Shown piece after piece: positions 38,881 to 52,651 of a stretch of 64,000 bases of DNA; within the stretch, counting starts at the first letter, position 1, and every line of letters begins with the position of its first letter. Both the position numbers and the translations under genes were made by a program. This DNA is from Octopus sinensis. Lineage: Eukaryota. The notes under the pieces were generated by a model that was given only the letters and a program-made list of their open reading frames with translations, did no database searches and had not been told where the DNA came from. Location of the stretch: contig NC_043009.1 of NCBI RefSeq assembly GCF_006345805.1, positions 54,312,001-54,376,000 on the forward strand, written 5' to 3'.

Positions 38881-41722
38881 AAAACTTTTGGAGTTAGCTG
38901 TCAATCATGGTGATATATATATATATCACTATATCTCTCCATCTCTTAATATGTCTCTCTGCCTTTTTCTTCTATCTATCTCTACACTTGCACAAATGCA
39001 CTCTCAAATACAGTCATCACTTACCCTCATGTATTTGTATATATTTGACCACGTCCGCTAATGTCAATGGAAAAGAGCTACGGGCACACCCACGCGCTCA
39101 CACACATACACACACCACACACACACACACGCGCGTGTAAAGAAAGGATTATAACATAATCGATACGACAGACGTGTCACACAAACAGCGACCGCTCTTG
39201 TTTTATAGAATTTCTACATTTGTCTAAGCGTCAATGCTTTCCTACGCATAATGAGCTACAGCCTAATGTGTCCCCCTTGTAGATGCCGTTGGAAGCAACT
39301 GGACCATTCTGGCTACTAAAGTTTTCAGTTCGAATGCTCATCTTATGCAATACAATTCTGCATCAATTATGGAACTTACAACAGCCACCTATGTATCATA
39401 CTTAATAATTACACATCGCTGAAAGACCAGACGTTGCGGCATTATTTCTAACATAACATCTCTTATGGTTGTAATGCAGTGAATATTGGCGGAAGACGTA
39501 ATATCATCTCTGGAGCATCCAACGAAAACACAAGTTGTACTTCAGCATTTTTGGAAATCTTCAATGACGTTTACTCGCAGCCAGACACATGACTGGATAA
39601 CAGATTGTTACGTCGATATAGGAATCAGTGACTAAATCATACACTGATGTTGCGAATAGCTTTCTGGTTGAATAAAAGTCTAGTATATGCATTCGAGGCA
39701 GTATTAAATTAAAATAACCACCTAGTTTCTACAATCGTCACACAGCGATATAACACGACACATGCTCTCACAGCATGATATACGTCACATTAGACAAAAC
39801 TGACACTTAGTTATACAGCACAAACCAAACATTATATACCGTATACAATGACTGTATATATAGTGGATCTCCGTTGATCGATGATGAGAATTAAGCCATT
39901 TGATAGACTGATTTATCTACCCCTTGAATTGTTAATTGAATGAGACTGTTGGGCACGGCTTCTTGGATGCTATTGATTTCGACTGGACATTATTTGCACT
40001 CAACTTGTTTTGGCGGGAGTATATTTTGGTATAGGAGACCAGCACATGCACACAAACTCATACATCCACACACAAACATAAACACACACAAATACAAAAA
40101 CACACACACATACACACATGCGCAGAAATATACGCATGCAGAGATATTAAGGAAGTAAGAGAGACAAGGGATAAAAAGAGAGAAGCATTAATATTTATTA
40201 ATTGAACACAACTGATTTAAAAACTCATACATATACCGATAAATATGTTCACACGTACAAAAAATCAGAGGTACAAAGAGAGAGACAGAAAGAGAGATTA
40301 AAACGAAACAAGCATTAAAGCGTCAGATTCAAATAAACTTCGAATCAGTGACCTCAAAGAGGCGCTGCCAAAACGGTAGTACTAAAACGGTGGTGACAAA
40401 ACGCCTCATGCCCTTGAATTTATGTGTTAAAGGCTGAGCATACACCAGTACCAGTAACATAATTTTAAGGTTAGAATAAGCGTAGAATAGAGTACCTTTA
40501 TGAATTGAAAGTACAATTCACCAGTCATTCTTCTGTAGAGTTTCTCTCCACCCAGTTTCATTCACAATGTCGATGTAAGATTATAGAATATGAAAAGATA
40601 TTGTACAATGCGATCGAACCCGGAACATCGTGGCTGCTAAGTGAACGTCTGTCTTAATCATATGGCTATACTGCACCAATTAGCGTAAATATAATACATT
40701 AAAAGGCTCACCTATAACAGAATGCAATCACCATCCAACAATACAACTTATATTGCATTTATTCAACGCCACAAGCGAAACTCTAAAGTAACTCTACATG
40801 ATCAGTTGCTGTCAAGACTAAACAAAGCAGAAATGATTGACGGACAAAAACAAATGGATGAGAAGATGAGAGAGAAGAATCTTTGATTGCAAGGAAAGGC
40901 TAGAGCTACTCCAATAGGACGTACAGAAGATACATATAATTATGTAAAATACAAAAACTAATCGCAAAATGTGTTGAGGTTGTAAAGAAACAATCAATCA
41001 CATCAACCTTAGCTGTCTAGTTCAAGCTATGCACACGTATGTGCCCAGAAGGGATTATGTGTATGTATGTATGTATGCATGTATGGATGTATTGATGTAT
41101 GTATGTGTGTATGTACGTATGTAAGTATGTATGTATGAGATAGACAGATCGGTAGATAGAGATAGAGAGAGAGATATATGTAGATAGATATAAAGAGATA
41201 CATACATACATACATACATACATACATACATACATACATACATACATACATACATACACACATACATACATACATACATACAAACAAGCATACATACATA
41301 GGCAGGTAGGCAGGAAGAGAGAGACAGACAGACAGGCAAACAGACATGACAAATGAAGATTTCCTAAACTGAATAATATGTCAGCATTATGAAACACCCG
41401 AAATGTACTCCACAACAATTGTCACATAATGACATCGTAATCTCACTCTGGGACATGCCATTTCATAGAACTATGGAGATTAAATTAATTCACCCGGAAA
41501 CAGTTGTCAAGACCAACGGCAAAGAAATGTTTGCTAATTGCTAATCGATGTATCAATTCCGAAATGGCAAAATTTTAATTCTAGCTGAATAACAGAAAGA
41601 GAAGCGAATTAAAAATTCGTGAAAACAAAAATACCCAGCGTATGTTGTTTGCAAGCAGAAATAATCAGTTTTACATTTTTGCTGGGAATTTTTAGAAAAG
41701 ATGCAATGAATTACATTTATCC

Positions 41723-41791
41723 TCGTTTATCACGGGGGCTCGGTTAAGAAAATTTATTAAGTGAATGACTGATAAATGAATCATCGCTGTA
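41723..41791. mobile_element. Possible Tc1/mariner-type MITE remnant
   Basis: tacatttatcctcgtttatc...gataaatgaatcatcgctgta imperfect TIRs ending in TA. Confidence 0.35.
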
Positions 41792-42091
41792 TACTTTGTA
41801 AATGGAAGAAAGATCTATACATTGACAGCAAAATTGCGGCCCGCAGCATCGAAGCTGCCACCATCACGATTTTGTCGTTTGTTAGTATCAGACCCACTTT
41901 AGAGATTTTCTATTTACTGGCCCCATACGACTACGAAAATTCACATGAAGACGACTCACCCTTGCAGTACGGAATATACAGATCCAAGTGTGTTGTGCAG
42001 CGGGACTGAAAACGGTTGCAATGCATGCTTCGTAACTGCGTAACCAAATCCGCATCCATGTTGCACATAAAATGCATAATTAATTACTAAG

Positions 42092-42427
42092 CAATTGCAG
42101 CGTGGAAGGTGTTTGTAAGCCATTTAAGAAACACACAAAAGCCGTTCGATTCACTTCAACATGTAAGTTTAATTTGTCAAAATATTTTCGTCGCTTTAAG
42201 ACCGCGACCTGTTCACTGACAAAAATCCGTGCTGCATTTTTGTCAGTGAACAGGTCGTGGATTTTAGCGAAGAAAATATTTTGACAAATTAAACTTAAAT
42301 GTTGAAGTGAATCGAACGGCTTTTGTGTGTTTCTTAAATGGCTTACAAACACCTTCTACTGCAATTGTTTTCGTTCCAGCACACGATCTCAGATCAAATC
42401 ACTTGCTATGCGAGTACATCTCCGTAA
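42092..42427 (+). mobile_element. Palindromic hammerhead-bearing non-autonomous element, copy B
   Basis: Same arms and tail as copy A; TSD (taa)ttactaag, 8-11 bp, at 42081-42091 and 42425-42435. Confidence 0.85.
42174..42222 (-). ncRNA. Hammerhead fold with G3-C8 core (family E), intact left arm
   Basis: Minus strand reads TTGTCA-GTGAACA-G-GTCGC(GGTCTTAAA)GCGAC-GAAAATATT-T-TGACAA. Confidence 0.65.
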
Positions 42428-42765
42428 TTACTAAGATTAATAAACAATTATGGCGCTTAAGTAACAGCATTAATTGTCAGTTTTATACATCAACTAAATA
42501 GTTTATACATTGATGGAGGACACAAAATCGGGTATATCTTCTATGAGAAACTATCAACAAACTGCAATACGGTCAATCGAGTGACTACGACAGCTTTATT
42601 TGGACACCAAAAGCCTTAACAGAATGTGTTTGCATTAGCATAATTTCAATCACAGCTAAAGCTTTTTTTTAATATTTCAATTATTTCAGTCCAAATTGTT
42701 CGTTGCATAGTCAATATGTGTGTGTATGTGTGTGTGTATGTGTGTATGTGTGTGTATATGCATGC

Positions 42766-42796
<31 letters not shown>

Positions 42797-42819
42797 ATGT
42801 ATGTATATACATATATATG

Positions 42820-42909
<90 letters not shown>

Positions 42910-45174
42910 TATAAAAGGAAAGCCACTAAGCGGTCTCCTTACCTGCTGAAAGTAGACGGCAAATCGTCTAACCACGAAAAACGCGTTCTCATTTAACGGC
43001 GCGGTGGGTGTGCTCGTGCAAGACACTATGAAAAGATATAAAGGGACCTGTCAATTCCATACTTCGAAGTTTCACCATTAATGATGAAACAATTGTCCTT
43101 GGATCTTAAGTGGAATGCGCTGGGGACTCATAATAATAGAACACGACTACATACCATCCCCATGAAAGGACACACGTGCGTACAGAGTTCCACAATTATA
43201 CATCATGTGTTCAATTCAAATGCCTTCAACCAAAGTGCCAAGCCAGAATAAATCAGTAGTCAATTATATTCAGCAGTGAATTTCCCGACTCGAGAACTAA
43301 AGTATTTAAAATATATGAGTACTAAGGGTAAAAATTATTAATAAAAATTAATTATTTATACGAGTAGCCAGCATGTGTAAAAATATGTCCAAGTACTGCA
43401 AATTATATTCAAATATAAGAGGAAAGCCCCTAAGTGTTCTCCTTACATGCTGAAAGTAGACGCCAAATCGTCTGACCACGAAAAATGCGTTCTCATATGC
43501 ACCAGGTAAGGTTGGATAAACCTATGGATCAAATAGGATATTCCAATAAACCAACCGTATGAGTATTTAGCGCCTAGGGTTTGGTCCAAATCACGTGTTA
43601 CGTTGAATAATACGTTGCTGGTATACTCTAGGGTGTACGACAAGCCTTTGGTGTATTATAATCAAATGAATAATAACATACGATGGATAATTGTCAACTC
43701 ATTACAACTATTGGATCTTATCGGTTTGGCTGCCAGCATTTCAAAAACTGAATTTATCTAAAATTCTCAACTTTGGCACGATGATACACTTGTCCAAACT
43801 GAATTGCTGGATGTATTTAATTTTTTCCAGAAATATGTTTTTAAAAAGTTATAGAGGTTTAAATTTTGATCATTTGCACCCAGTCAGGAAACAGGATTTG
43901 GAAGCTGTCATTTTGTGCGCGACTGCACATCCTGAAAATAGCGCGTGTTGTCAATATTTTTAAACAACACGTGGTATGTCTCCATTAAGTTTCATTCATG
44001 TAAATCTCATTTAGCTGTTATTTTTTAGCACACAACACGACTACCTCAATGCTCAATGACGAAAAAAAAAACGAGTTAATAAACATTTAAGCATTCAATA
44101 TGCATTAAATGCAAATGCGATAAACAACGTGTTACATGCGATAAACACATTACAAGTTTTAACAGAAAGATTTGGAAGAATTAAATGAACGTTCTCTTGT
44201 AATTTTCTTTCATGTAAATAAATGTTATGTTAATTTAAAACTTTGCCAGCAAAATCTTATAAAATGACGATGTTCCAAAAGTTGTTCATGTTTATATGTT
44301 ATATATGAAAATAAGACTCAACAAAATATGCTAAAAAAACAATCATTTAAGCATTAAAAACAAAAATTTAACTTTCGGTTTTAATTTTTTTTTTAAATAT
44401 CCTCTGTGTTCAATGTTTCCATAATAAAAGCAAAGATACTGGAGCTTGCTGCCATAATCACAAAGAACAGAGAACAAAGCGTCAGATTTGCTGCCTCGCA
44501 GATAAAAGACTTTTCAAAGACTGCTTGGATTCGCTTGTTACTATGGCAACAGGTACGTTCAGAGACAAAAGATTTCTCATGTTCCGCTTCCTACTATCGA
44601 AACTGGCAGGAATGTGTCTGTAGCTTACGATTGGCTAAAACTACCAAAATTTTCAAACTTTAATTGCCAATAACCCGTTATTTATTGACATATAGCGAAA
44701 ATTACTTTCACGTCATTAATTAGCTTATAAATATGTATCATTATACTGAATATGAAATCAATTTAGCAGCCAAACGGAGAAGATCCCAGCTGTTTTACGT
44801 ATCTTTTTAATAGAAGAATGAGAACATTACACCATTACAAAAAATCGTTATCATCAGATGAAACGTAATTTTACAAACTAAAGAGTATCCCAAACTTAAA
44901 GCAGGGATGTGGCTGAAGTCTGTCGAAGCCAACTATAAAATGGGTGTATGACAAACAAAATTGCTATTGCATAGTACTGAGTACACCACAGATAGAATTC
45001 ATAGTTCCTTCAATATAGCACATCATGCAAGTAGAGTAAGTGCGATAAGAATGAAATGTTAAAGGGAAATAAGACTAGGACTCAGAAACAAATAGGTAGA
45101 TAGATCGACTTTTGGGTCAACAATAGAAGGAGTAAATTAGATTGGCTGTAGGTTAGGAGCTATTATAGAGGTTG

Positions 45175-45540
45175 TTTAGTACCCTTAAAATATTTAAAAG
45201 TGCCGGTAGCCTTATGTATACAGGAAAGACGAAGGTCTATTTTATTATTTAGTAGATTTTCACCATCTGATGTCTTTACAGTTTCAAAGAGCTCTATGCA
45301 GCAAAGCCTGCAAACGTATCTATTGTTTAAGTAAGGTTTAGCGATCCTGATGATGTCCTAAATCAAGAAAGTTTTTGTGAAAATTAATTAATTCAGGTTT
45401 TACGTATAATGAGGATTTTTTTTCAATTATTTCCTTTGTTAAAGTTATAAAATCTTTTATCAGTATGTTACTGAACTTTTGGGGAAGAAGTTTTTTTCCA
45501 AGTGTGTGAGCTCTTTCGATTAACTTTTTCAAACACACGT
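45175..45540 (-). mobile_element. Degenerate Penelope-like GIY-YIG C-terminal relic
   Basis: I*DIIRIAKPYLNNRYVCRLCCIELFETVKTSDGENLLNNKIDLRLSCIH aligns by eye with IQWKILARCKPYTNGSGRCGLC..E...CLNTRTELFGSCPH at 52839-53210. Confidence 0.6.
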
Positions 45541-45556
45541 GCTATATGACACACAC

Positions 45557-45588
<32 letters not shown>

Positions 45589-48253
45589 AACAAACAACAC
45601 ACACACACAACACACACACACACACACACACACAAACAAACACACATACACACACACACACATATATATATATATATCCGTAAACTCCCAAACACATGCA
45701 ACTGTACACACAAATACATACATAAATGTCATGCCGATTTAATAAGGTAAGCTCAACATAGGTGTTTGGAATGGCTAAGGGAGCAAACATTTTCATTAAA
45801 AGACCACCCAATCGGAATTAAGCAGTATTCTGTTGCTAACCAACAACAACAACAACAACAACTAAGCAAACACACCATTACACGCACACACATAGTCATA
45901 CGTACAGACACACACACATACATACACTAAATAAACACACACAGGCAAACAACACATACACGGGCCAATGTACCATCTAAATGCCAGTGAAACCACTGTG
46001 CCTTCTTGATAAAGCCCATTAGATCCCATAGACTGAGTTTTCATTTAAAAGTATGAAAGGCTGGATGATTGCATCTGGAATAGATTTTTATGGTTGATTT
46101 GGGGCTAATAATCAAAAGGGAACATAGTTTGTGTAATGTAGTCAGAGATAATCTGTATTAGAAATGGGATGGTCATTGCTAGGACACCTTTCATCTGCTC
46201 GATTAGACCTGACTCCGGAGCTAAACGGATACGAAAGAACACTCATCATGCGCACATACATACGCACACGTCACATGTAATGGAATTGTACACAGTTTGC
46301 GTCGCACACGTTCGTTCATAGTACAGTGGTCGGCCTGGGGGTTTAAAGTAGCAGATTTATGTGGTGGGCGCACAAACGCCCACACATGTATACATCTATA
46401 CACGCACGCACACGCATACACAGGCTGCCCACTGGATTAAACAATCACAGCACATTTCTTGCCTGTCAAACACAAACAATAAGATTCAATAGAAGATGAT
46501 CGATTAGATTAAGACACACTCCAGTAATCCACTTAATCCGATCAACGAATAAAACTTCAGATCAACTGTATGTTCAATAAAGAATATTTACTTTGAATTC
46601 CAACACAAACAACTCGTATATTTGAATGAAAGTAAGATTATTCTAGCTGCTCTCCTTCGTTATTTTTTTGTTGGTGATTTGTTTTCCTTGTTGTTATTGC
46701 TGTTGTTTAACCCCAGGTCAACCCTTATTGATCAGCCAAAACATTGTATCATTGAAGTACGTTATTCAATATACATTTTTTTCTCTTTTTACTTTTTATT
46801 AATTACAGTAAAGTGTGAAATGAAAGCGTATGGTGTAAAATAATTACTCGAAGAAAATGGGGATTGCTATTCCTATTATAACAGTTATCTCTTGCTGTAC
46901 GTTCTGAAATAAAATTGACGATCAATATTTATTGCAATATGGAATAATTAATAATTGCTTAAAACGGATAATAAAGACTTGCGCGATAATACCTTTATTT
47001 AAATCATTTTCTGAAGATGCTTCCGTTCTTCTTTGATTTCATGACTTCTTAAACCTAGAACCACAAAAATGTTTAAAATTTTTCAAATCCATGAATAGAG
47101 GTTGAATTCATGGGATTTCTATAGCTTCATGCTAGTTGTGAGAAGATAGATAGGAAAGGCTAGCGTGTTTTTTCATCTACAAAGAGGCCGATACCTTGTT
47201 GCCCAATATTGCTATACGTCTGAACTACATTCATCATTCCTGTGCGATTGATTTTACTTGCATCAGCTGCTCCAGAATTTGCAGCCATTCACATACGGTC
47301 AGAGATCAGCAGTTTCGTGGACGTATTTGACATTCAGACGTGTCTACAGATGCACAACAGCTTCAGGCTATCAGTGACAACTGTTCGCTGACTGTTCATG
47401 TGATTTAGACAAAGTGATTACGTTGCGTGCAAAAGAAATTCTTCTCTTGCGCTCAAATTCACTAGTGTTTACATAGTATGGCCGAATGTTTAAGAAGTTT
47501 GATTTGCAATAACGAGGCGCCGAGTTCGATCCTACTGAGAGAAAAGAAAAAACATTACAATCCACACTATCGTGATGAGTCTACCTGAAAATTACGCCAA
47601 GGATACACGTACCTCTGAGATACTCCGAAAATAATACGTTAATTCAGGAGCAAGTAATTCATTTGATCGAACCACTTAATCTGCAACGTCGATGGCAGAG
47701 ACCCATGAAAATCACATACACTGAACTCTATGTCCTTTCGAATAATAGATTGAATCCAAAATCATCCGGTTCTGTCGTGAGAACCTAAATCTCAACTGTC
47801 TCAAAATCGTCATTAAGGACGAAGAGAAAGTGTTGTGGTCTGAAGAGACTTCTGAAGTCGCTGTTCAAATCTTCCTTATCGTATCACAGGTACCATGAAA
47901 CATGAACGTACCTTAATGTTTTATTTACTTCAGAAATTTGGTGATACCGCCTTGAAAGTTTTAGTCGGACAAATCAACAACAGTACCTATTTTTAAAATC
48001 TTTTGCACATTTCGAAGACATCTTTGACGCACCGCTAGGTTATGAGGACGTAAACAAACCAGCACCGGTTGTCAAAGTGGTGATGGATAAGATCACAAGT
48101 TTACACATTCAAATACATACATATATATATAATTATTATTAAAATTGTAATTATAATTATAATTTTAATAATGATTATTACCTTTGATGTTTTTATTCCC
48201 ATGCTAGCCACCAGATAAGGATAAGATCAGTGTTTTGAATAACGATATCATTG

Positions 48254-48306
<53 letters not shown>

Positions 48307-48384
48307 AAACACACGCAGAGGTTAAATCGATCGATAGATAGATAAATAGATTGATTGATTGATTGATTGATTGATTTACATATA

Positions 48385-48552
48385 TTGGGCGGGCTTTCAC
48401 ACATCACCAGTTATAGAAATTCATTCCCAATACATTAGGCGGCACGGGGCTACGGCATAAGGCCCTCGTCCAAGATGCCGTGCAGTGGAACTGAAGCCGA
48501 AACTGCGTGGTTGCAAGGTGAGTTTCTTAACCAACTAGCCATGCCTGCGCCT
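48385..48552 (-). mobile_element. CORE-type SINE 5' part
   Basis: gtgcagtggaactgaagccgaaactgcgtggttgcaaggtgagtttcttaacc...gcctgcgcc. Confidence 0.65.
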
Positions 48553-49096
48553 AAAAAGATATCTTAAGATATGCTAAGCTGATAACCATTAAACCTCAAA
48601 GAATTCTGATGCATAACGATTTATTCAGCTATATCGCATATTTAATGAACAGTTCAAGTATAATTTAAAAAATAACAGTTAATATCCAGGCCCGTTCAAT
48701 ACCCCGTTCTCCATCCGATCGGAAATCTCTGCAACGAAATCGGTGATAATATCAAAGATTACAAACTGTCGAATCACAATAATCTGTTCAGTGTGATCAA
48801 AGGATGCTGGGAAAATTCCGCATTTCTCGTTGCCTGCATCTGACTGAGGCTACGGAAAACAGATGTTGCAACGTCATGGAGATAAAAGAACTTCACAGCA
48901 GTGGATATTGTTATGCGAATATACTTTACTCAATAGGAAACTATTGCTTGAATTAACGTCTATATCTACAAATATTCATACATGCACACACAAACATATA
49001 TAGCTATGTATATATGAGTGGGGGAAGGTGCTTGTCTGTGTATGTGTGAGAGTGTGTGTATGCATGAGATATCTATATCTGTGTGGGATTCGTGTA

Positions 49097-49167
<71 letters not shown>

Positions 49168-50254
49168 TAAATATATATATAATATATATATATGAGGGTG
49201 TATACCAAATATGTCTGTATGCATGTGTTCATGTGTGTATGGATGAGTTTAATGTTTGCTTTCATGTGCACCAATATTGGCGTAGTTTTGTTTTCGATAT
49301 GTCTCTCTTAAGCTTCTGCAATTCTCTGACTGTGTAGTATGTGGTTTATGTGCATGAGCAACTGGATGTCAAACCAGAATATCGGGGGAAATATCATCAC
49401 AGTTGTTGAATACATACCACCATATAGAGGTCGACAGTCAGTAACTAACTGAAAAGAATGAAAGTATGTATGGAACGAAAGTCTTTCTCCCAAAACAAAG
49501 GGATCTCCATTGAACTCACAGAATGTATTAAGCTTCAAAAGCAATAGAAATCCCTTACAGATCACAGATAGAAATAATTGGAAGAGTATTTTAATCAAAC
49601 TTATACAACAGAAAACAGGTATACATATAATAATTGACACACGGAAGTAATTGTTACTTTACAATAATTCCTTCTGGATTAAGAAACAGGGACACGAGTT
49701 CTACTATGCATCTATGGATAGCTATGATAATGATGAAATGTTAGACGCCATCAATAAACTTTTATTGCATGGTAATTTACTTAAACTTTAGTAAAGAAAA
49801 ATAGCATCAGTATAATAATAAAAATAAATCATTGTTATTTTACGATTATTTCTTCTAGATAAGGAAACATCCTATATAACATCCTATGTAACTTTGGACA
49901 GTTATGACGGTACCGAAATATCTGATGTCATTCACAAATATTTAATACATGTACTGTAGTAGTTAAACTCAAAGGTACAAATATAGGACTCTATCGAGCC
50001 AACGAAAATACCTGACACGATGATATCGACTGACATGGCATTAACAAAATAGTATATAAGAACAGTTTAATTCCAAACCTACTGCTGGTATATATTTTCT
50101 TGTGAATAGATTTCAAGCAACATGGCAAGAAGTTGTTTTCTCGAGAATACATTCCTCCAGGAATGAGTTCAACATCTTAACACCTAGGCCAGACATTCAC
50201 ATATGTGTGGGTATGTGTGTCATGCATGTGTGCGTGTATGAGTAAATATGTGTG

Positions 50255-50341
<87 letters not shown>

Positions 50342-50792
50342 TACATATTTAATAATATCAGGGTAATAAAGATTTTAGAAATGTTTACTAGCAGTGGCTT
50401 GGCGTATAGAAATATTTGTCAATAGACTATATATTATACATATTAAATACAGTGTACATTTAAACACATTAAGACGCTTCTATCATAGGAATCCCTTACG
50501 TTAGAAAGAACAGTCCAAAACCACTAATTAGGGAAAGTCCAAAACCACTAATTAGGGATAAATTCTCGAAAGAAATTGAAAATAAAAACATTTACCATCT
50601 ATTTCCTGGACCATGGTTTCTGACTTATTTTAGCAAATAAAATAATTTGCTAGGCAAAGTCTAGCCCCTACCACCTTCTAGTGACGGAACCAGGAGACCA
50701 GGAAACCAGCCTGGTTTCGGGCTATTTCTGTCTCTCTCTGGACACCTCGTCTGCTAGCGATGGCAGTAGCTCGTTTCTGCTCCAAATATTTA

Positions 50793-51000
50793 TAATTTCA
50801 AAGGCAGCGAGCTGGCAGAAACGTTACCACGCCGGGTGAAATACTTAGCAGAATTTCGTCTGTCTAACGTTCTGAGTTCATATTCCGCCTTTCATCCTTT
50901 AGGGGTCGATAAATTAATTATCAGTTGTGTACTGCGGTCGATTTAATCGACTGGCCCCTGCTCAAAAATTTCTAGCCTTGGGCCCAAAATAGAAAATAAT
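50793..51000 (+). mobile_element. Meta-core SINE
   Basis: ggcagcgagctggcagaaacgttacc...cctttcatcctttaggggtcgataaa. Confidence 0.8.
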
Positions 51001-51244
51001 ATATATAATTTCAAGCGATATACAGTTGCTGATTTAGCAGCATGCTATAGTGCTAGCTCTAAAATCTCACTAAGTGATCGAAATATCTCGGATGCAGCTG
51101 TGTATCTCCAGCTGGAGATGTCCTCTTCGAATTAAAATATCGCAGTAGAGTCCGTTCGAACGGACAGCCATGTTGAAGTTGCTAGGAACGTTAATTATAT
51201 GTGCGTATGTGTGTGAGTGTGTGTGAGTTTATGCATGTATATTC

Positions 51245-51660
51245 TTTTATTCTTTTATTCTTTCACTTGTTCTAGTCATTTGACTGCGGCCATACTGGGG
51301 GAGCGGATTAAAAGTTTTTAGTCGCACAAATCGACCACAGACCTTATTCCACCAGTCACTTTTGTCGAACCGCTAATTTACGGGTCGTAAACACACCAGC
51401 ACCGGTTATTCAGCGTTGATGGTGGGGACAAACACAGGCATAAAGACACACACACACACACATAGATATATACATATATGTTTGTGTGTGTGTGCGTGTG
51501 TATGTATACAACAGGCTTCTTTTAGTTTCTGTCAGCCAAATCCACTCACAAGGCTTTGACTGGCCCAGCGCTGTACTAGAAGACATATAGTCGTGGGACT
51601 GAACCCGGAACCATGTGGTTTGGAAGAAAGCTTCTTACAGCACGGCGATGCCTGCGCCTA
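51245..51660 (-). mobile_element. CORE-type SINE
   Basis: Reverse complement of the 20341 family. Confidence 0.78.
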
Positions 51661-51758
51661 TATATATATATATATATACTCATACACACAGACACACGTG
51701 CACACACACACATACAGACACATATACATACACACACACACAACACACACACACACAT

Positions 51759-51800
<42 letters not shown>

Positions 51801-52214
51801 GCTACACGTAACCCACAATACACACGTTAATATTAAACTTCAGGTGAAGCGAAACTACTTGAGATACCAGACAATTGACTGCATTCCGTAGACCAATCGA
51901 CAAAGCTTTTATTTGAGGATTTGATTCCAATCATTACTTGTATATGTGTAAAAGGGTCGTATAAATAATTCGATCATATTAGACCGTTCGATCGATGAAT
52001 AGGTCTTATTCTTTATTGGTATATGTCTATGTTTAGTTACACCCCGATAGCTATCGCTACATAACATGCATGTATGAACGTTTATTTTCTTTGAATTATA
52101 GTACAAAAGCATAGAAAAACGAATTTGATGTCGCCATACACATGGTCCCGATTTACACTAAACACACATATACATTCACATACACCTTATTTCTGAGAAG
52201 GAGAGAGACAGAGA

Positions 52215-52291
<77 letters not shown>

Positions 52292-52475
52292 CGTGCGTGG
52301 GTGCGTGGGTGCGTTTCGAATGATAACCAGCCGAGATTTTGAAGTTATTGCCACTCACCTTGTAAAAGTTTAATACACATGCGCGCTAATTAAAAGCGTT
52401 GAGTAATCCTTCAGCTTACTGTTAAATTGATTTTATATATAACTTGACAAAATATATTTGTATGTACGTATACAC

Positions 52476-52553
<78 letters not shown>

Positions 52554-52595
52554 ACATATATATATATATATATATAACATATAATATATATATAT

Positions 52596-52649
<54 letters not shown>

Positions 52650-52651
<2 letters not shown>

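Noticed and set aside
44775-44860. Hammerhead on the minus strand downstream of the 45175 relic
   Set aside because: CTGATGA is present, but no stem II could be drawn and the downstream motif (AAAACAGCTGG) is too decayed.
47140-47300. 42-aa minus-strand ORF MAANSGAADASK...
   Set aside because: No recognisable homology or splice support.
49340-49700. Possible LINE ORF2 relic (LEEYFNQTY motif)
   Set aside because: Multiple stops and a single weak motif; cannot be supported without a profile search.
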